A stretch of 64,000 nt of DNA. It comes from an uncultured Verrucomicrobiae bacterium. GTDB taxonomy: Bacteria; Verrucomicrobiota; Verrucomicrobiia; Chthoniobacterales; JAATET01. Positions 39,155-49,444 of this stretch are shown here, piece by piece. Each line of letters opens with the position of its first letter. Positions within the stretch are counted from its first letter, which is position 1. Below the pieces are notes generated by a model. The model did not search any database and had not been told where the DNA came from. It was given only the letters and a program-made list of their open reading frames with translations. The position numbers and the translations under genes are program-made. Where the stretch lies: the NCBI GenBank assembly GCA_963719495.1, contig CAVRCI010000013.1:384001-448000 (forward strand). Reading direction: 5' to 3'.

Positions 39155-39394
39155 ATGGCCGACGTAGAAAATAAATACTCAGAGAACAAAGACGGCGCAT
39201 ACTACTGCGACGATCAGTGCATCGATTGCGACCTCTGCCGCGAGACCGCTCCGGCGAATTTCACCCGCAACGACGACGGCGGCTACTCCTACGTCTACAA
39301 GCAGCCCGAGACCGACGAAGAGAAAGCCCTTTGCGACGAGGCCATGGAAGGCTGCCCCGTCGAGGCCATCGGCGCCGACGGCGCCGCCGCGTGA
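39155..39394 (+). CDS. Ferredoxin (4Fe-4S)
   Basis: CIDCDLC...CPVEAIG. Confidence 0.92.
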   Translation: MADVENKYSENKDGAYYCDDQCIDCDLCRETAPANFTRNDDGGYSYVYKQPETDEEKALCDEAMEGCPVEAIGADGAAA

Positions 39395-39425
39395 TCCGTA
39401 GCGCCACCCGGCGCTTCATTCGTCC

Positions 39426-39779
39426 ATGACCAAATCCCTCCACCGCCTGGTCCTCCAGGAATGGAGGGGTCTCCCGGAAACGACCCGGCCCGATCGCACC
39501 ATCGCGGTCGCGGACTCGATCCAGACCCTCGTCAGCCGCCTCGGCCTCACCGAGCGCATCGACGAAGGCGACATCCTCGCCGCCTGGCAGGAAGTCGTCG
39601 GCGACTTCATCGCCCAACATTCCAAACCCATCCGCCTCGTCGACGGCATCCTCCACGTCCAGGTCCTCCAACCCAGCGTCCGCTACGAGCTCGACCGAAC
39701 CTGGCGACCCAAGATCCTGGAAAAGCTGAGATCCCAATTCGGAGCCAAAACGGTCAAAGACCTCCGCTTCCGAACCTGA
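39426..39779 (+). CDS. DUF721/DciA-family protein
   Basis: W.EVVG..IA.H..P...DG.L.V pattern. Confidence 0.8.
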   Translation: MTKSLHRLVLQEWRGLPETTRPDRTIAVADSIQTLVSRLGLTERIDEGDILAAWQEVVGDFIAQHSKPIRLVDGILHVQVLQPSVRYELDRTWRPKILEKLRSQFGAKTVKDLRFRT

Positions 39780-39994
39780 GTCAGGGGCCAAAACCGCCCG
39801 CTCGAGGAGCGGCGATTTGCAATCGCCGAACCAACAAAAAGGCGAAGCCTCAAAATTCCCTCACCGGCTCAGCTCACAATGAAGCGTTGATATTGGAAAA
39901 CATCACTAGTTCAAGGAGCGGCGGCTTCCAGCCTCCGAACCAAGGCGAAGCCTCAAACCATTTCTCATTCCGCATTTCAAATTTCCCATTCTCA

Positions 39995-40615
39995 TTGATT
40001 AAAAACGTTCTCCTCGACTGGTCCGGCACGCTCGTCGACGACCTCGGCCCCGTCATCGTCGCCACCAACCTCATCTTCGCCGAATACGGCCGCGCCGCCC
40101 TCACCCGCGACGAATTCCGCCATCACTTCCGGCTCCCCTTTTCCGGCTTTTACGCGGAGCTCCTCCCCGAAGCCACCGCCGAAGGCCTCGACGAACTCTA
40201 CGAACACCACTTCGCCGGCCTCCAGGACGACGTCACCCTCCTCCCCGGCACCCTCGACTTCCTCGATTTCTGCACCCGCACCCACCGCCGCACCTTCCTC
40301 CTCAGCAGCATCCAACCCAGTCATTTCGAAACCCAGGCCTCCCGCCTCGGCGTCCGCGACCGCTTCGAGCACGCCTACGTCGGCGTGATCGACAAACGCG
40401 AGAAAATCAAAGAAATCCTCGCCACCCACGACCTCGACCCGGCCGAAACCATGTTCGTCGGCGACATGGTCCACGACATCGAAACCGCCCGCCACGGCGG
40501 AGTCCTCGGAGTCGCCGTCACCACCGGCTTCGACCCCATCGAAAAGCTCCTCCCCGCCAACCCCGCCGTCATCGTCGAGAACCTCACCGCCCTCCAACGC
40601 CTCCTGGCGGCCTGA
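39995..40615 (+). CDS. HAD-family hydrolase (phosphoglycolate phosphatase-like)
   Basis: LLDWSGTLVD, FVGDMVHD motifs; TTG start. Confidence 0.88.
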   Translation: MIKNVLLDWSGTLVDDLGPVIVATNLIFAEYGRAALTRDEFRHHFRLPFSGFYAELLPEATAEGLDELYEHHFAGLQDDVTLLPGTLDFLDFCTRTHRRTFLLSSIQPSHFETQASRLGVRDRFEHAYVGVIDKREKIKEILATHDLDPAETMFVGDMVHDIETARHGGVLGVAVTTGFDPIEKLLPANPAVIVENLTALQRLLAA

Positions 40616-40740
40616 CCGCCACCAAAGCAGCGCAGCTGCCAACCACCCCCCGGAGGGCGAGGCTCCCGCCGAGCCGTAGCAAAACCACCAAGCGCCCAAC
40701 TCCACCCAGCCACGCCGCATCGCAACAAACCCCACGCCAA

Positions 40741-41109
40741 ATGTCCCCACCCGACACCATCGAGATCCGAGGCCTCCGCCTCCCCACCCACATCGGGGTC
40801 CCCGCCGACGAGCGCGCCACCGCCCAAACCGTCCTCGCCGACCTCGTCCTCACCCCGGCCACGTCCTTCTCCGACCTCGCCGACCGCATCGACGCCACCG
40901 TCGACTACGCCGCCGTCACCACCCGCATCGAGACCCTCGCCGCCGACCACCCCCGCCACCTCATCGAAACGTTGGCCGAAGAAGTCGCCCGATCGATCCT
41001 CACCGAGTTCGACGTCACGCAAGTCACCGTCACCATCCGCAAACACATCCTCCCGAACACGGAACACGTCGCCGTCACCTGCACCCGAGCCAGCGCTGGA
41101 AAAAGGTAG
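40741..41109 (+). CDS. folB: Dihydroneopterin aldolase
   Basis: HIGV..DER...Q, TVDY, LIETLAE, VTIRK motifs. Confidence 0.92.
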   Translation: MSPPDTIEIRGLRLPTHIGVPADERATAQTVLADLVLTPATSFSDLADRIDATVDYAAVTTRIETLAADHPRHLIETLAEEVARSILTEFDVTQVTVTIRKHILPNTEHVAVTCTRASAGKR

Positions 41110-41291
41110 GGCAGCCGGGCCCCGGGTGCCGTGACCATCTCCCAGAGCCCCCGATCCACCGCAACCCGCCGCCCAGCCGATGGACGCCTCGGCAAGCCGC
41201 GCCAGCGGGAGCCGATCGCGTCTCATTTCCTGAATCTTTCGCTACCTTCTGTTCAAAAACGCATCCGTCGCCCTATCCTCCCACCCGCACC

Positions 41292-42257
41292 ATGGAATCC
41301 CCGCAACCCATCACCTTCGAACCCATCCCAATGGAACGTGTCTGGGGCGGCCGCCGCCTCGAGAGCACCCTTGGCAAAAACCTCCCGCCCGGCGCGCCCT
41401 TCGGCGAATCGTGGGAAGTCGTCGACCGCGCCGACGCCCAGAGCGTCGTCCATTCCGGCCCCCACGCCGGGGCCACCCTCCACGACCTTTGGTCCACCCA
41501 CCGAGCCGACATCTTCGGCGAAGCCTACGCCGGGCACCCGTCGGACCGATTTCCCATGCTCATCAAGCTCCTCGACGCCCGGGAGCGACTCTCCGTCCAG
41601 GTTCATCCTCCCGCCCACGCCGCCGCCGCGCTCAACGGCGAACCCAAGACCGAGGCCTGGTATTTCCTCGATTGCCTGCCCGGCGCCTCGATCTACGCCG
41701 GCCTGAAACGCGGCACGACGCGCCAGGCCTTCGACAACGCCCTCGCGACCGGCCGCGTCGAGGACGTGATCGCCCGTCGACCCGTGAATTCCGGCGAAAG
41801 CATCTTCATCCCCAGCGGTCGCCTCCACGCCATCGGCGAAGGCTGCCTCATCGTCGAGATCCAGCAAAACAGCGACACCACCTACCGCGTCTTCGACTGG
41901 AACCGCTCCGGCCTCGACGGCAAACCCCGCCAGCTCCACCTCGACGAATCGCTGGCCTCCATCGACTTCGACGACTTCGAGCCCGAACTCAATCCCGCCA
42001 CCAGCGACATCATCGCCGTTTGCGAGCATTTCGTGATCGAGAATTGGAAACTTGATTCTCCCCGACGCGCGCTCGACTCCGCGGCGTTCGCCATCTTCGC
42101 CGTCGTCGTGGGCGACGTCTCCTGTGGAGGCCACGTTTTCCCGACCGGATCGTTCTTCCTCGTCCCCGCGTCGATGACCGACGCCCGGATCTCACCCGTC
42201 GGTGATCACGCGACCGTCCTCCGCTCCACTTTGCCAATCAATGGCAAAAATCGGTGA
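41292..42257 (+). CDS. manA: Type I mannose-6-phosphate isomerase
   Basis: VWGG, GESWE, LSVQVHP, KTEAWY, LHAIG, EIQQNSDTTYR motifs. Confidence 0.92.
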   Translation: MESPQPITFEPIPMERVWGGRRLESTLGKNLPPGAPFGESWEVVDRADAQSVVHSGPHAGATLHDLWSTHRADIFGEAYAGHPSDRFPMLIKLLDARERLSVQVHPPAHAAAALNGEPKTEAWYFLDCLPGASIYAGLKRGTTRQAFDNALATGRVEDVIARRPVNSGESIFIPSGRLHAIGEGCLIVEIQQNSDTTYRVFDWNRSGLDGKPRQLHLDESLASIDFDDFEPELNPATSDIIAVCEHFVIENWKLDSPRRALDSAAFAIFAVVVGDVSCGGHVFPTGSFFLVPASMTDARISPVGDHATVLRSTLPINGKNR

Positions 42258-42321
42258 CCCGGGGCTAGAATCCTCTTGACCCGCTGCTCTCAAAATGAAA
42301 TCTCATCCGCAAACAAAGACT

Positions 42322-43005
42322 ATGAAACTCCCCATCCTCTCTTCGCTCGTCGCCCTGGTCTCCATGGGTGTTTCTCAGGCCGGATCCTTCGGTGGCCCGG
42401 GTCCCTTCACCAACCTCTCGCCGCTCCAGAGCGGCATCGACGGCAGCTACCAGGCCACCGCCCGCGGCGATAATCTGACCGGAGTCATTCGCTTCGCTTA
42501 CCAGGGCGGCGTGCAAACCCAGCTCCCCGGAGCTAACACCTACGTCTTCTTTGTAAACGGCAACGTCGTCACCGGAGGCACCACAGCTTCCATCACCGGC
42601 AAGGACCTCGCAGGCGTTCTCGGTGGGCAGGATTTCGTGGTCCCGACTAACGAACAGGGATCGACTGAACTCCCCCTCGTCTTCATCGTCCGCGGAAACC
42701 GTGCAAACGGATTCTTCGAAGGCAGTCTTGATCTTGAAGATCGTCTCTCCTCCTTCGGCGGCGATGGTGAGATCACTAGCGCTGCATCCGAGACCAACAC
42801 CGTTATCTTCATTCCGGACTCCCAAGGCGGCCTCACCAGCATTATTCAAACGAACCAATTTGTCATTCCCAGCGGTTCGCTCGATCCTGACCCAACTGTC
42901 GTTCCGAATCCATTCACCTTCCAAGGTGTCCGCACCAGCGTGGTCGCTCAGGGCTCGTTCAACAGCTCCGCCTCGACCGACACTGGCGGCGGCACCGGTC
43001 TCTAA
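42322..43005 (+). CDS. Hypothetical exported beta-rich protein
   Basis: Signal peptide (…SQA|G); G/T/S-rich mature part. Confidence 0.7.
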   Translation: MKLPILSSLVALVSMGVSQAGSFGGPGPFTNLSPLQSGIDGSYQATARGDNLTGVIRFAYQGGVQTQLPGANTYVFFVNGNVVTGGTTASITGKDLAGVLGGQDFVVPTNEQGSTELPLVFIVRGNRANGFFEGSLDLEDRLSSFGGDGEITSAASETNTVIFIPDSQGGLTSIIQTNQFVIPSGSLDPDPTVVPNPFTFQGVRTSVVAQGSFNSSASTDTGGGTGL

Positions 43006-43018
43006 GACCGGACGAGCT

Positions 43019-43555
43019 CTGCTCACTCCAGGTCCAGGACTTTCCAGAAGCTCCGCGGGGTTGACCCTCGTGGAGCTTCTTGCCGTTCTTGGCATCATCG
43101 CGATCATCGCGACTCTGCTCGTCGGTGTCTTCAGCCGCATGCACGGCGTCGGCGACCGGGCGGCCTGCACCGCCAACCTCCGCGTCCTCTACATCGGCCT
43201 CGACGCCCACCTCAAGGATGTCGGCCAGTGGCCCCAACAGCCTAAATTCGACTATAGCGACGAGGAAGCCCGGGGCGAATGGTGGGTCGACAAACTCAAA
43301 CCCTACGATGTCGTCGATGCCGCCTGGAAATGTCCCGGCATCACCCGCCTCGGTTCGATCACCAAGGACGGTGGATCACCCTTCATCCACTACTCGCCGA
43401 CCATGTTCGACGGCAACCCGATCACGCCAATGAAGTGGTCGAACATGCCTTGGCTGGTCGAAATCGGGAACATCCACGGCCACGGTGCCCTCATGATTTT
43501 CCCCGACGGCTCCGTCCGCGACCTCGACAACGTCCTCGTCGACAGCGCGCGCTAA
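43019..43555 (+). CDS. Prepilin-type N-terminal cleavage protein (PVC type)
   Basis: G|LTLVELL, CTANLR, WKCP, HGHGALMIFPDGSV; only a CTG start is visible upstream of the cleavage site. Confidence 0.75.
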   Translation: MLTPGPGLSRSSAGLTLVELLAVLGIIAIIATLLVGVFSRMHGVGDRAACTANLRVLYIGLDAHLKDVGQWPQQPKFDYSDEEARGEWWVDKLKPYDVVDAAWKCPGITRLGSITKDGGSPFIHYSPTMFDGNPITPMKWSNMPWLVEIGNIHGHGALMIFPDGSVRDLDNVLVDSAR

Positions 43556-43665
43556 CGACCCGCCGAAGCCCCCCCCGGAGGGCGAGGCTCCCACCGAGCC
43601 GAGTTCGCATCGCACCGTCGCCACGCGAGAAATCGACCGGGTCGGGAGCGAGGCCGTGCTCACCC

Positions 43666-44232
43666 TCACACGCTCCCGGGCTTGACCGCCGGGATGTCCC
43701 GCAAATCCTCGGGCACGGCGTCCGCCGCGAAAGTCTCCGGCGTCATCCGAACCAGCCCAACGAACGGACACCCAAAGTCGGGCAGATTCCCGCCGCTCCG
43801 ATCGACGATACTTCCGATGGCCACCACGACGCCCCCCTGCGCCCGAACGATGTCGAGCGTCTCCTGGACCCGCCCACCCCGCGTCACCACGTCCTCGGCG
43901 ATGATCACGCGCTCACCCGGCGCGATTTTGAATCCGCGCTTCAGAACGAGTCCACCCTCCCCGTCCTTATCCACGAAAATGTGCCGCCGCCCCAGGTGCC
44001 GTGCGACCTCCTGACCCACGATGATCCCCCCCACCGCCGGCGAGACCACGGTCGGCGCCTCATACTTTCGAAGCCGGTCGGCCAGTTCGCCGCACACCCG
44101 GGTCGCCACCGCCGTATCCTGCAACAGCAGCGCGCACTGGAAAAACTCCCGACTGTGCAACCCACTCCGCAGCAAAAAATGCCCGTTCAGCAACGCCCCC
44201 GTCTGCCGAAAGAGATAGAGAATGTCATCCAT
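43666..44232 (-). CDS. pyrE: Orotate phosphoribosyltransferase
   Basis: GHFLLRSGLHS, PAVGG, IIAEDVVTRGG motifs. Confidence 0.93.
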   Translation of the reverse strand: MDDILYLFRQTGALLNGHFLLRSGLHSREFFQCALLLQDTAVATRVCGELADRLRKYEAPTVVSPAVGGIIVGQEVARHLGRRHIFVDKDGEGGLVLKRGFKIAPGERVIIAEDVVTRGGRVQETLDIVRAQGGVVVAIGSIVDRSGGNLPDFGCPFVGLVRMTPETFAADAVPEDLRDIPAVKPGSV

Positions 44233-44478
44233 CCCCCAACCGTAACATCGGCTTCCAGCCGATCACCAACCAAACCCGAAGGGCCATCTCTTCAGCCGCA
44301 AAATGGCGCAGAAGTCGCAGAAGAAGGCCCGGCATTTTCCAGCCCCCTCCTCCATGTCATCTTGAACGAAGTGAAAGATCTCTGATTTCTCACAACCCCC
44401 AAACCCAGATGCACCCCCCGCCCACTAGCCCACCCCCGCCCACCCTCCCCCCTTCTGAGCCTCTTTGCGGCCTAAAAA

Positions 44479-45285
44479 TCAACCAGCCACACGGCCCGCC
44501 GGACTCACGAACCGCGTGCCCGCACTCTGCCGGGCCAGAAATTCATCCGCCAGCGCCGCGTAGGCCGCGGCCCCCACCCCACTCGGATCGTGTTCGAAGA
44601 TCGTGCGGCCAAAGCTCGGGGCCTCGCCGAAGCGCACCGACCGCGGAATTGCCACGTCGTAGACGACCTCCTCGAAATGCTCGCGCACATCGCGCATCAC
44701 GGCCTGATTCAAATTCGTCCGCGAGTCGTACATCGTCATCACCATGCCGGAAATCGCCAACTCGGGATTGGCCACTTCGCGGATTTGATTGATCACCATC
44801 ATCAGCGTCGAGAGTCCCTCGAGCGCATAATATTCGCACTGGATCGGCATGAGAATCTCGTCCGCCGCGACGAGAGCATTCGTCATGATCAGGCCCAACG
44901 ACGGCGGGCAATCCAACAGCGCGTAGTCGAAATTCCCGGAAGCCTCGAGCCCCGCAAAGGCGTCACGCAGCTGCGTCATGTGCGAATCCGACCGCGCGAC
45001 GACCATCTCCGAGCCGGCCAAATCGAGGTCGGCCGGGATCACCGAGAGATTTTCCAGCCGCGTCTTCAGCACGAGATCGGCGGCGGGTTTCTCGCCCGTC
45101 AGCGAGTAATACAAGCTTCCCTGCGACTCCTCGGCCACGCCCATCGCGCTGGTCGCGTTGCCCTGCGAATCGAGATCGATCAGCAAAACTCGGGACCCCC
45201 GCGCCGCGAGAGCCGCCGCGAGGTTCACCGACGTCGTCGTTTTCCCGACCCCGCCCTTCTGGTTCGCTATCGCTATCGTCTTCAT
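44479..45285 (-). CDS. parA: ParA/Soj ATPase
   Basis: NQKGGVGKTT, DLDSQGNA, DCPPSLG, QCEYYALEG, EAPSFG motifs. Confidence 0.95.
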   Translation of the reverse strand: MKTIAIANQKGGVGKTTTSVNLAAALAARGSRVLLIDLDSQGNATSAMGVAEESQGSLYYSLTGEKPAADLVLKTRLENLSVIPADLDLAGSEMVVARSDSHMTQLRDAFAGLEASGNFDYALLDCPPSLGLIMTNALVAADEILMPIQCEYYALEGLSTLMMVINQIREVANPELAISGMVMTMYDSRTNLNQAVMRDVREHFEEVVYDVAIPRSVRFGEAPSFGRTIFEHDPSGVGAAAYAALADEFLARQSAGTRFVSPAGRVAG

Positions 45286-46499
45286 TGCTTTTCGGAGTAG
45301 TAGTCGACGAGCCCCCGCACGATGCCCCGGGCGTATTCCCGGTAAATGCTCTCCTGCAAACGACCGTCGACCACCCGTTTACCGGAAAAATCCCCGGCCT
45401 GCACGCGCGCGAACACCGCTTTGCTGTTCATCACGTAGGGCTCGACGTAAACGACCGGGCACTCGAACAACCGATTCGCCAACAGGTTGCGGCCCCACAC
45501 GTAGGGACTCGATCCGACTTTCACGGCGTTCGTGCCGCGGTAGACGTAGGGCGGCAGCCCGGTCGCTTCGCGCATGGATGCCGCAATCGATTCCGTCACC
45601 GCCAGCTCTTCGCGGTAGGCTCCCGAGAGCAATTTCACGAGCAGGTCGAAGCGCTGATCGTCGTAGTCCAACTCCTTCGCGCTGAAGGCGCCGGTCACCA
45701 GAAAGTGGAGGTGATTCTCGTCCACTAGCTTCGGTCGGTCCGGGTTACCCCAGGCTTCGGCGTTGAAGTGGAGGCAGAGCACCAGATCGGGCTTGAATTT
45801 TTCGTTCACCAGCTCCGCGCGCTTTCGAATTTCGCCAACGCGGTAGAAAAGCCGCTCCGCCTCGGTCGCGAGCTCGGGTTTCGTCGCGGTCGCACCGCGG
45901 TCGTCCAACGAATCGCGTGCTTCGTCCTTCAAACGGCTGGGCCGCAGCGACGTCACCGGACCGTCCTTTGATCGGGTCAAAAACACCTCGGCCCCCAGCG
46001 CTTTCAGCTGTGGCTCCATCAGTTTCGCGACCGCCAGGGTCATGTCGCCTTCGGTCACCGGCTTCGACTTCCCGATCTGGAACCAACGCTCCTCCATCTT
46101 GGCGTATTTCCCGCCGAGATGGCCGGGATCGATGCCGATTTTCAGTCCCAACAACGGCTTCGCTTTCGTTCGCGGCCCGAGCTGCGACCGCCGCCGCCAC
46201 GTCCGCGTGATCGGCTGAACGGCCCTCCCCGACGGGGCGAACCGCAGGACAAACGGTTCGCGGCCCCGCGACGTCCGGATCGATGCCGTCGAGTCATCCA
46301 CCTCGATCACTTCCTTCCAGGCCCCCCGCGGGGCGTAGACTTCGTCGAGGAGATACAGAAAATCTTCCCGCGTGATCGATTGCTGATACTTGTTGAGTTC
46401 CGACCACTTCGGCGCCGGTGCCATGGGGCTCAGCTTCTGCGCGTGCGCGACGCCGGCCAGGCCGAATGCGAGAGCGAGGAGGACCGGAACGAACTTCAC
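45282..46499 (-). CDS. N-acetylmuramoyl-L-alanine amidase (Amidase_3-like), exported
   Basis: IGIDPGH, EG, FLTR, CLHFNA, YVEP motifs; signal peptide; start uncertain. Confidence 0.8.
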   Translation of the reverse strand: MKFVPVLLALAFGLAGVAHAQKLSPMAPAPKWSELNKYQQSITREDFLYLLDEVYAPRGAWKEVIEVDDSTASIRTSRGREPFVLRFAPSGRAVQPITRTWRRRSQLGPRTKAKPLLGLKIGIDPGHLGGKYAKMEERWFQIGKSKPVTEGDMTLAVAKLMEPQLKALGAEVFLTRSKDGPVTSLRPSRLKDEARDSLDDRGATATKPELATEAERLFYRVGEIRKRAELVNEKFKPDLVLCLHFNAEAWGNPDRPKLVDENHLHFLVTGAFSAKELDYDDQRFDLLVKLLSGAYREELAVTESIAASMREATGLPPYVYRGTNAVKVGSSPYVWGRNLLANRLFECPVVYVEPYVMNSKAVFARVQAGDFSGKRVVDGRLQESIYREYARGIVRGLVDYYSEKQ

Positions 46500-46550
46500 C
46501 GCCGTCAGGTTGCCCAACCGGGACCGGACGCGATACCCTTAATTTCTAAA

Positions 46551-47333
46551 ATGATTCGGATTCTTTTTCTCGGCGACATCGTCGGCGAACCCGGCCGCCA
46601 GGCGGTCATCAAGCAAGTCCCACTGCTGCGCCAAAACCGCCAGATCGACTTCGTCATTGTCAACGGCGAGAACGCCGCTCAGGGCCGCGGCATCACGCCC
46701 AAGATCGCCATCGACCTGCTCCGTTGCGGCGTCGCCGTCATCACGACCGGCGACCACGTCTGGGACCAGAAAGAACTCGCCGATTGGATCCCGACCGAAC
46801 CCCGGCTCCTGCGCCCCGCGAATTTCCCGCCCGGAGCGCCCGGCTCCGGCAGCGTCGTCCTCCAGACCTCCAAGGGCAAAGTCGCCGTCCTCAATCTCAT
46901 GGGCCGCACCTTCATGCCCAACGCCCTCGACAACCCGTTCCTCGTCGCGGAGGAGGAAGTCGCCCGCCTGTCGTCGGAAACGAAGGTCATCTTCGTCGAT
47001 ATGCACTGCGAGACCACCAGCGAAAAGGTCGCCATGGGTCGCCACCTCGACGGGCGCGTCTCCGCCGTCGTCGGCACCCACACGCACGTCCAGACCGCCG
47101 ACGAACGCATCTTCCCCAAGGGCACGGCCTTCCTCTGCGACGCCGGGATGTGCGGCCCCGCGAACTCCGTGATCGGCCGCGATTACGAACCCGTCCTCCA
47201 TCGCTTCAAGACCAATCTGCCGATCCCGTTCCCAATCGCGAAGGGCCCCGTGCGCCTCTGCGGCCTCCAGGTCGACATCGACGAAACCTCGGGCCGCGCG
47301 CTGGCCCTCGAACGCGTCGCGATCCAGGAATAA
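46551..47333 (+). CDS. YmdB/TIGR00282 metallophosphoesterase
   Basis: GDIVGEPGR, NGEN, DMHCETTSEK, GTHTHVQTADE motifs. Confidence 0.92.
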   Translation: MIRILFLGDIVGEPGRQAVIKQVPLLRQNRQIDFVIVNGENAAQGRGITPKIAIDLLRCGVAVITTGDHVWDQKELADWIPTEPRLLRPANFPPGAPGSGSVVLQTSKGKVAVLNLMGRTFMPNALDNPFLVAEEEVARLSSETKVIFVDMHCETTSEKVAMGRHLDGRVSAVVGTHTHVQTADERIFPKGTAFLCDAGMCGPANSVIGRDYEPVLHRFKTNLPIPFPIAKGPVRLCGLQVDIDETSGRALALERVAIQE

Positions 47334-47348
47334 GCCAATCTTCTCTTC

Positions 47349-48128
47349 GTGAAGCTGGCGGCGCTCTTCCTCGACACCCCCGAGCGTCCGGCGTCGCGCG
47401 CGGTCCGCTTCGCGACCTTCGCTCTGCTCGGCCTGGCGGTTGCCGCTATCTGCACGGCCCTCCTCGCCGCGACCCTCGGCGGCTCCGACGTCGTCTGGCG
47501 CTACCGCGCCGTCTTCTGGAAGGGCTTCCTGCTCACAATCCAAATCTCCGCGGTCAGCCTCGTCCTCAGCGCCGTCCTCGGCCTCCTTCTTGCCCTCGCC
47601 CGGCGGTCCCCCGTTCTCATCGTTCGCACGCTGGCCACGCTCCACGTCGAGCTCATCCGCGGCTCCCCGCTGCTGGTCCAGATTCTTTTCGGATTCTACG
47701 TGATCGCGGATTCCGTCCACCTCTCCGACCGCTTCGTCTTCGGCGTCATCGTCCTGTCGAACTTCAGCGCCGCCTACATTGCCGAAATGATCCGCTCCGG
47801 CCTCGAGAGCGTCGGATCTTCGCAGATCGACAGCGCCCGGGCCATCGGCCTCTCCCCCTGGCAGACCCTGCGTTTCGTCGTCTTCCCCCAAGCTTTTCGG
47901 CAGACGCTTCCGCCGCTCACGGGTCAATTCGCCACGCTCATCAAGGATTCCTCCCTACTCTCGATCATCGGGCTCTCGGAGTTCACCTACGCCGCCAATC
48001 AGGTCAACTCCGCCACCTACAGCACGCTCGCCGCCTACTCGCCGCTCCTCTTCGGCTACCTCGCCCTCACCCTCACCATCTCGCTCGCCGCCCGCTGGCT
48101 GGAACGCCGCTTTCGCTATGACACTTGA
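47349..48128 (+). CDS. Polar amino-acid ABC transporter permease
   Basis: IRGSPLLVQ, AYIAEMIRSG, LIKDSSL motifs. Confidence 0.9.
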   Translation: MKLAALFLDTPERPASRAVRFATFALLGLAVAAICTALLAATLGGSDVVWRYRAVFWKGFLLTIQISAVSLVLSAVLGLLLALARRSPVLIVRTLATLHVELIRGSPLLVQILFGFYVIADSVHLSDRFVFGVIVLSNFSAAYIAEMIRSGLESVGSSQIDSARAIGLSPWQTLRFVVFPQAFRQTLPPLTGQFATLIKDSSLLSIIGLSEFTYAANQVNSATYSTLAAYSPLLFGYLALTLTISLAARWLERRFRYDT

Positions 48129-48849
48129 GTTCGACGATGTCTCCAAGGCCTTCGGCGGACACACGGTTATCGAGCGGCTGACGGGCCGCTTCGAATTCGA
48201 CCACGTCCTCGCCTTCGTGGGTCCTTCCGGCGGCGGCAAGTCGACCCTCCTCCGCCTCGTCGCCGGTCTCACGGTGCCGGAGTCCGGCTCGATCCGCGTG
48301 AATGGCGAACCGGTCCCCACGACGGAATCCGACCTACGGGCCTACCGGGCCCGCATCGGCATGGTCTTCCAAGCCTACAACCTCTTCCCGCACCTCGATG
48401 CGACGGAGAACATCGTTCTGCCTCTTGTCCGGGTCCACGGTCGATCCAGCCGGGACGCACGCGCCGCCGCCGCGGCGATCCTCGACCGCTTCCAACTCGC
48501 CGAACACTCGCACAAGCGTCCCGCCGAACTCTCCGGGGGTCAGCGCCAGCGGGTCGCCATCGCCCGAGCCATCGCCATCGACGCCCGCTTCGTTATCCTC
48601 GACGAACCCACCTCCGCCCTCGACCCCGAAATGACCGGCGAAGTCCTCGACCTCATCGAAGAGCTGCGCTCGGAAGACCGCTCCCTCCTGCTCGTGTCAC
48701 ACGAGATGAGCTTCGTCCGACACGCCGCCGACCTCGTCGCGTTCGTCGCCGACGGCACGATCACCGAATCCGCCCCCGGTCCGGATTTCTTCAAAAATGC
48801 GACCCAGCCCGATACTCAAAGATTTCTATCGCGGGTCTTCAAATACTGA
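48118..48849 (+). CDS. Polar amino-acid ABC transporter ATPase
   Basis: GPSGGGKS, LSGGQRQRVAIARA, DEPTSALDPE motifs. Confidence 0.93.
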   Translation: MTLEFDDVSKAFGGHTVIERLTGRFEFDHVLAFVGPSGGGKSTLLRLVAGLTVPESGSIRVNGEPVPTTESDLRAYRARIGMVFQAYNLFPHLDATENIVLPLVRVHGRSSRDARAAAAAILDRFQLAEHSHKRPAELSGGQRQRVAIARAIAIDARFVILDEPTSALDPEMTGEVLDLIEELRSEDRSLLLVSHEMSFVRHAADLVAFVADGTITESAPGPDFFKNATQPDTQRFLSRVFKY

Positions 48850-48930
48850 CATCGACACCAATCGGAGAGAGGCCATTCCCCCCATCCACAACCAGGCCGC
48901 GCCTGCTAACCGATCATTCCCAAAAATCCA

Positions 48931-49070
48931 AGTCCGGTAATCGGTTCAGTTCCAAGATCCGTGTTGAGGACAGCCAACAAAACCAGCATTTTTGACCCAA
49001 AAATGGACTGGTCCTTTTTGATCGGAAAGGGATGTCGGGAGGGCTTTCTGAACCAACGAACGGACTGATG
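48931..49070. mobile_element. Degenerate non-autonomous mini-element 1 (RAYT-related ends)
   Basis: Right end 49038-49068 is 30/31 identical to 50089-50119; degenerate left end AGTCCGGTAATCGGTTCAG at 48931-48949. Confidence 0.55.
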
Positions 49071-49165
49071 CCATCGACCCATCGAGACCCCATCGACGGA
49101 CACACGGAATTCGCGAGCAAGATATCGTTTGCCGAGCGCGTCGATACGGCCATAAGTTACAAATT

Positions 49166-49444
49166 ATGGCCATAACATCCATCAAGAGCACTTACTCGCT
49201 CGACATCGACACGACCTCCGCCATTGAAATGCTGGCAAAACGCTGGAGCATTCCCAAATCGCAGGTCATCCGACGGGCAATCCGAGCCCAAGCGCAAGCC
49301 GAGTCGGATTGGGCTCCACCGACCCCCGTATCCCCCGAGGCCGCGGACCGGCTGGCGGCGTTCCAAGCGTTGAGTCGCTCGACCCGCGAGCGCGGAGTCG
49401 ATTTCCAACGGTGGGGACAGGACATCCTCGCAACCCGGCGATGA
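49166..49444 (+). CDS. Ribbon-helix-helix (CopG-like) antitoxin
   Basis: STYSLD...LAKRWSIPKSQVIRRAI; ATGA overlap with the PIN gene. Confidence 0.8.
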   Translation: MAITSIKSTYSLDIDTTSAIEMLAKRWSIPKSQVIRRAIRAQAQAESDWAPPTPVSPEAADRLAAFQALSRSTRERGVDFQRWGQDILATRR

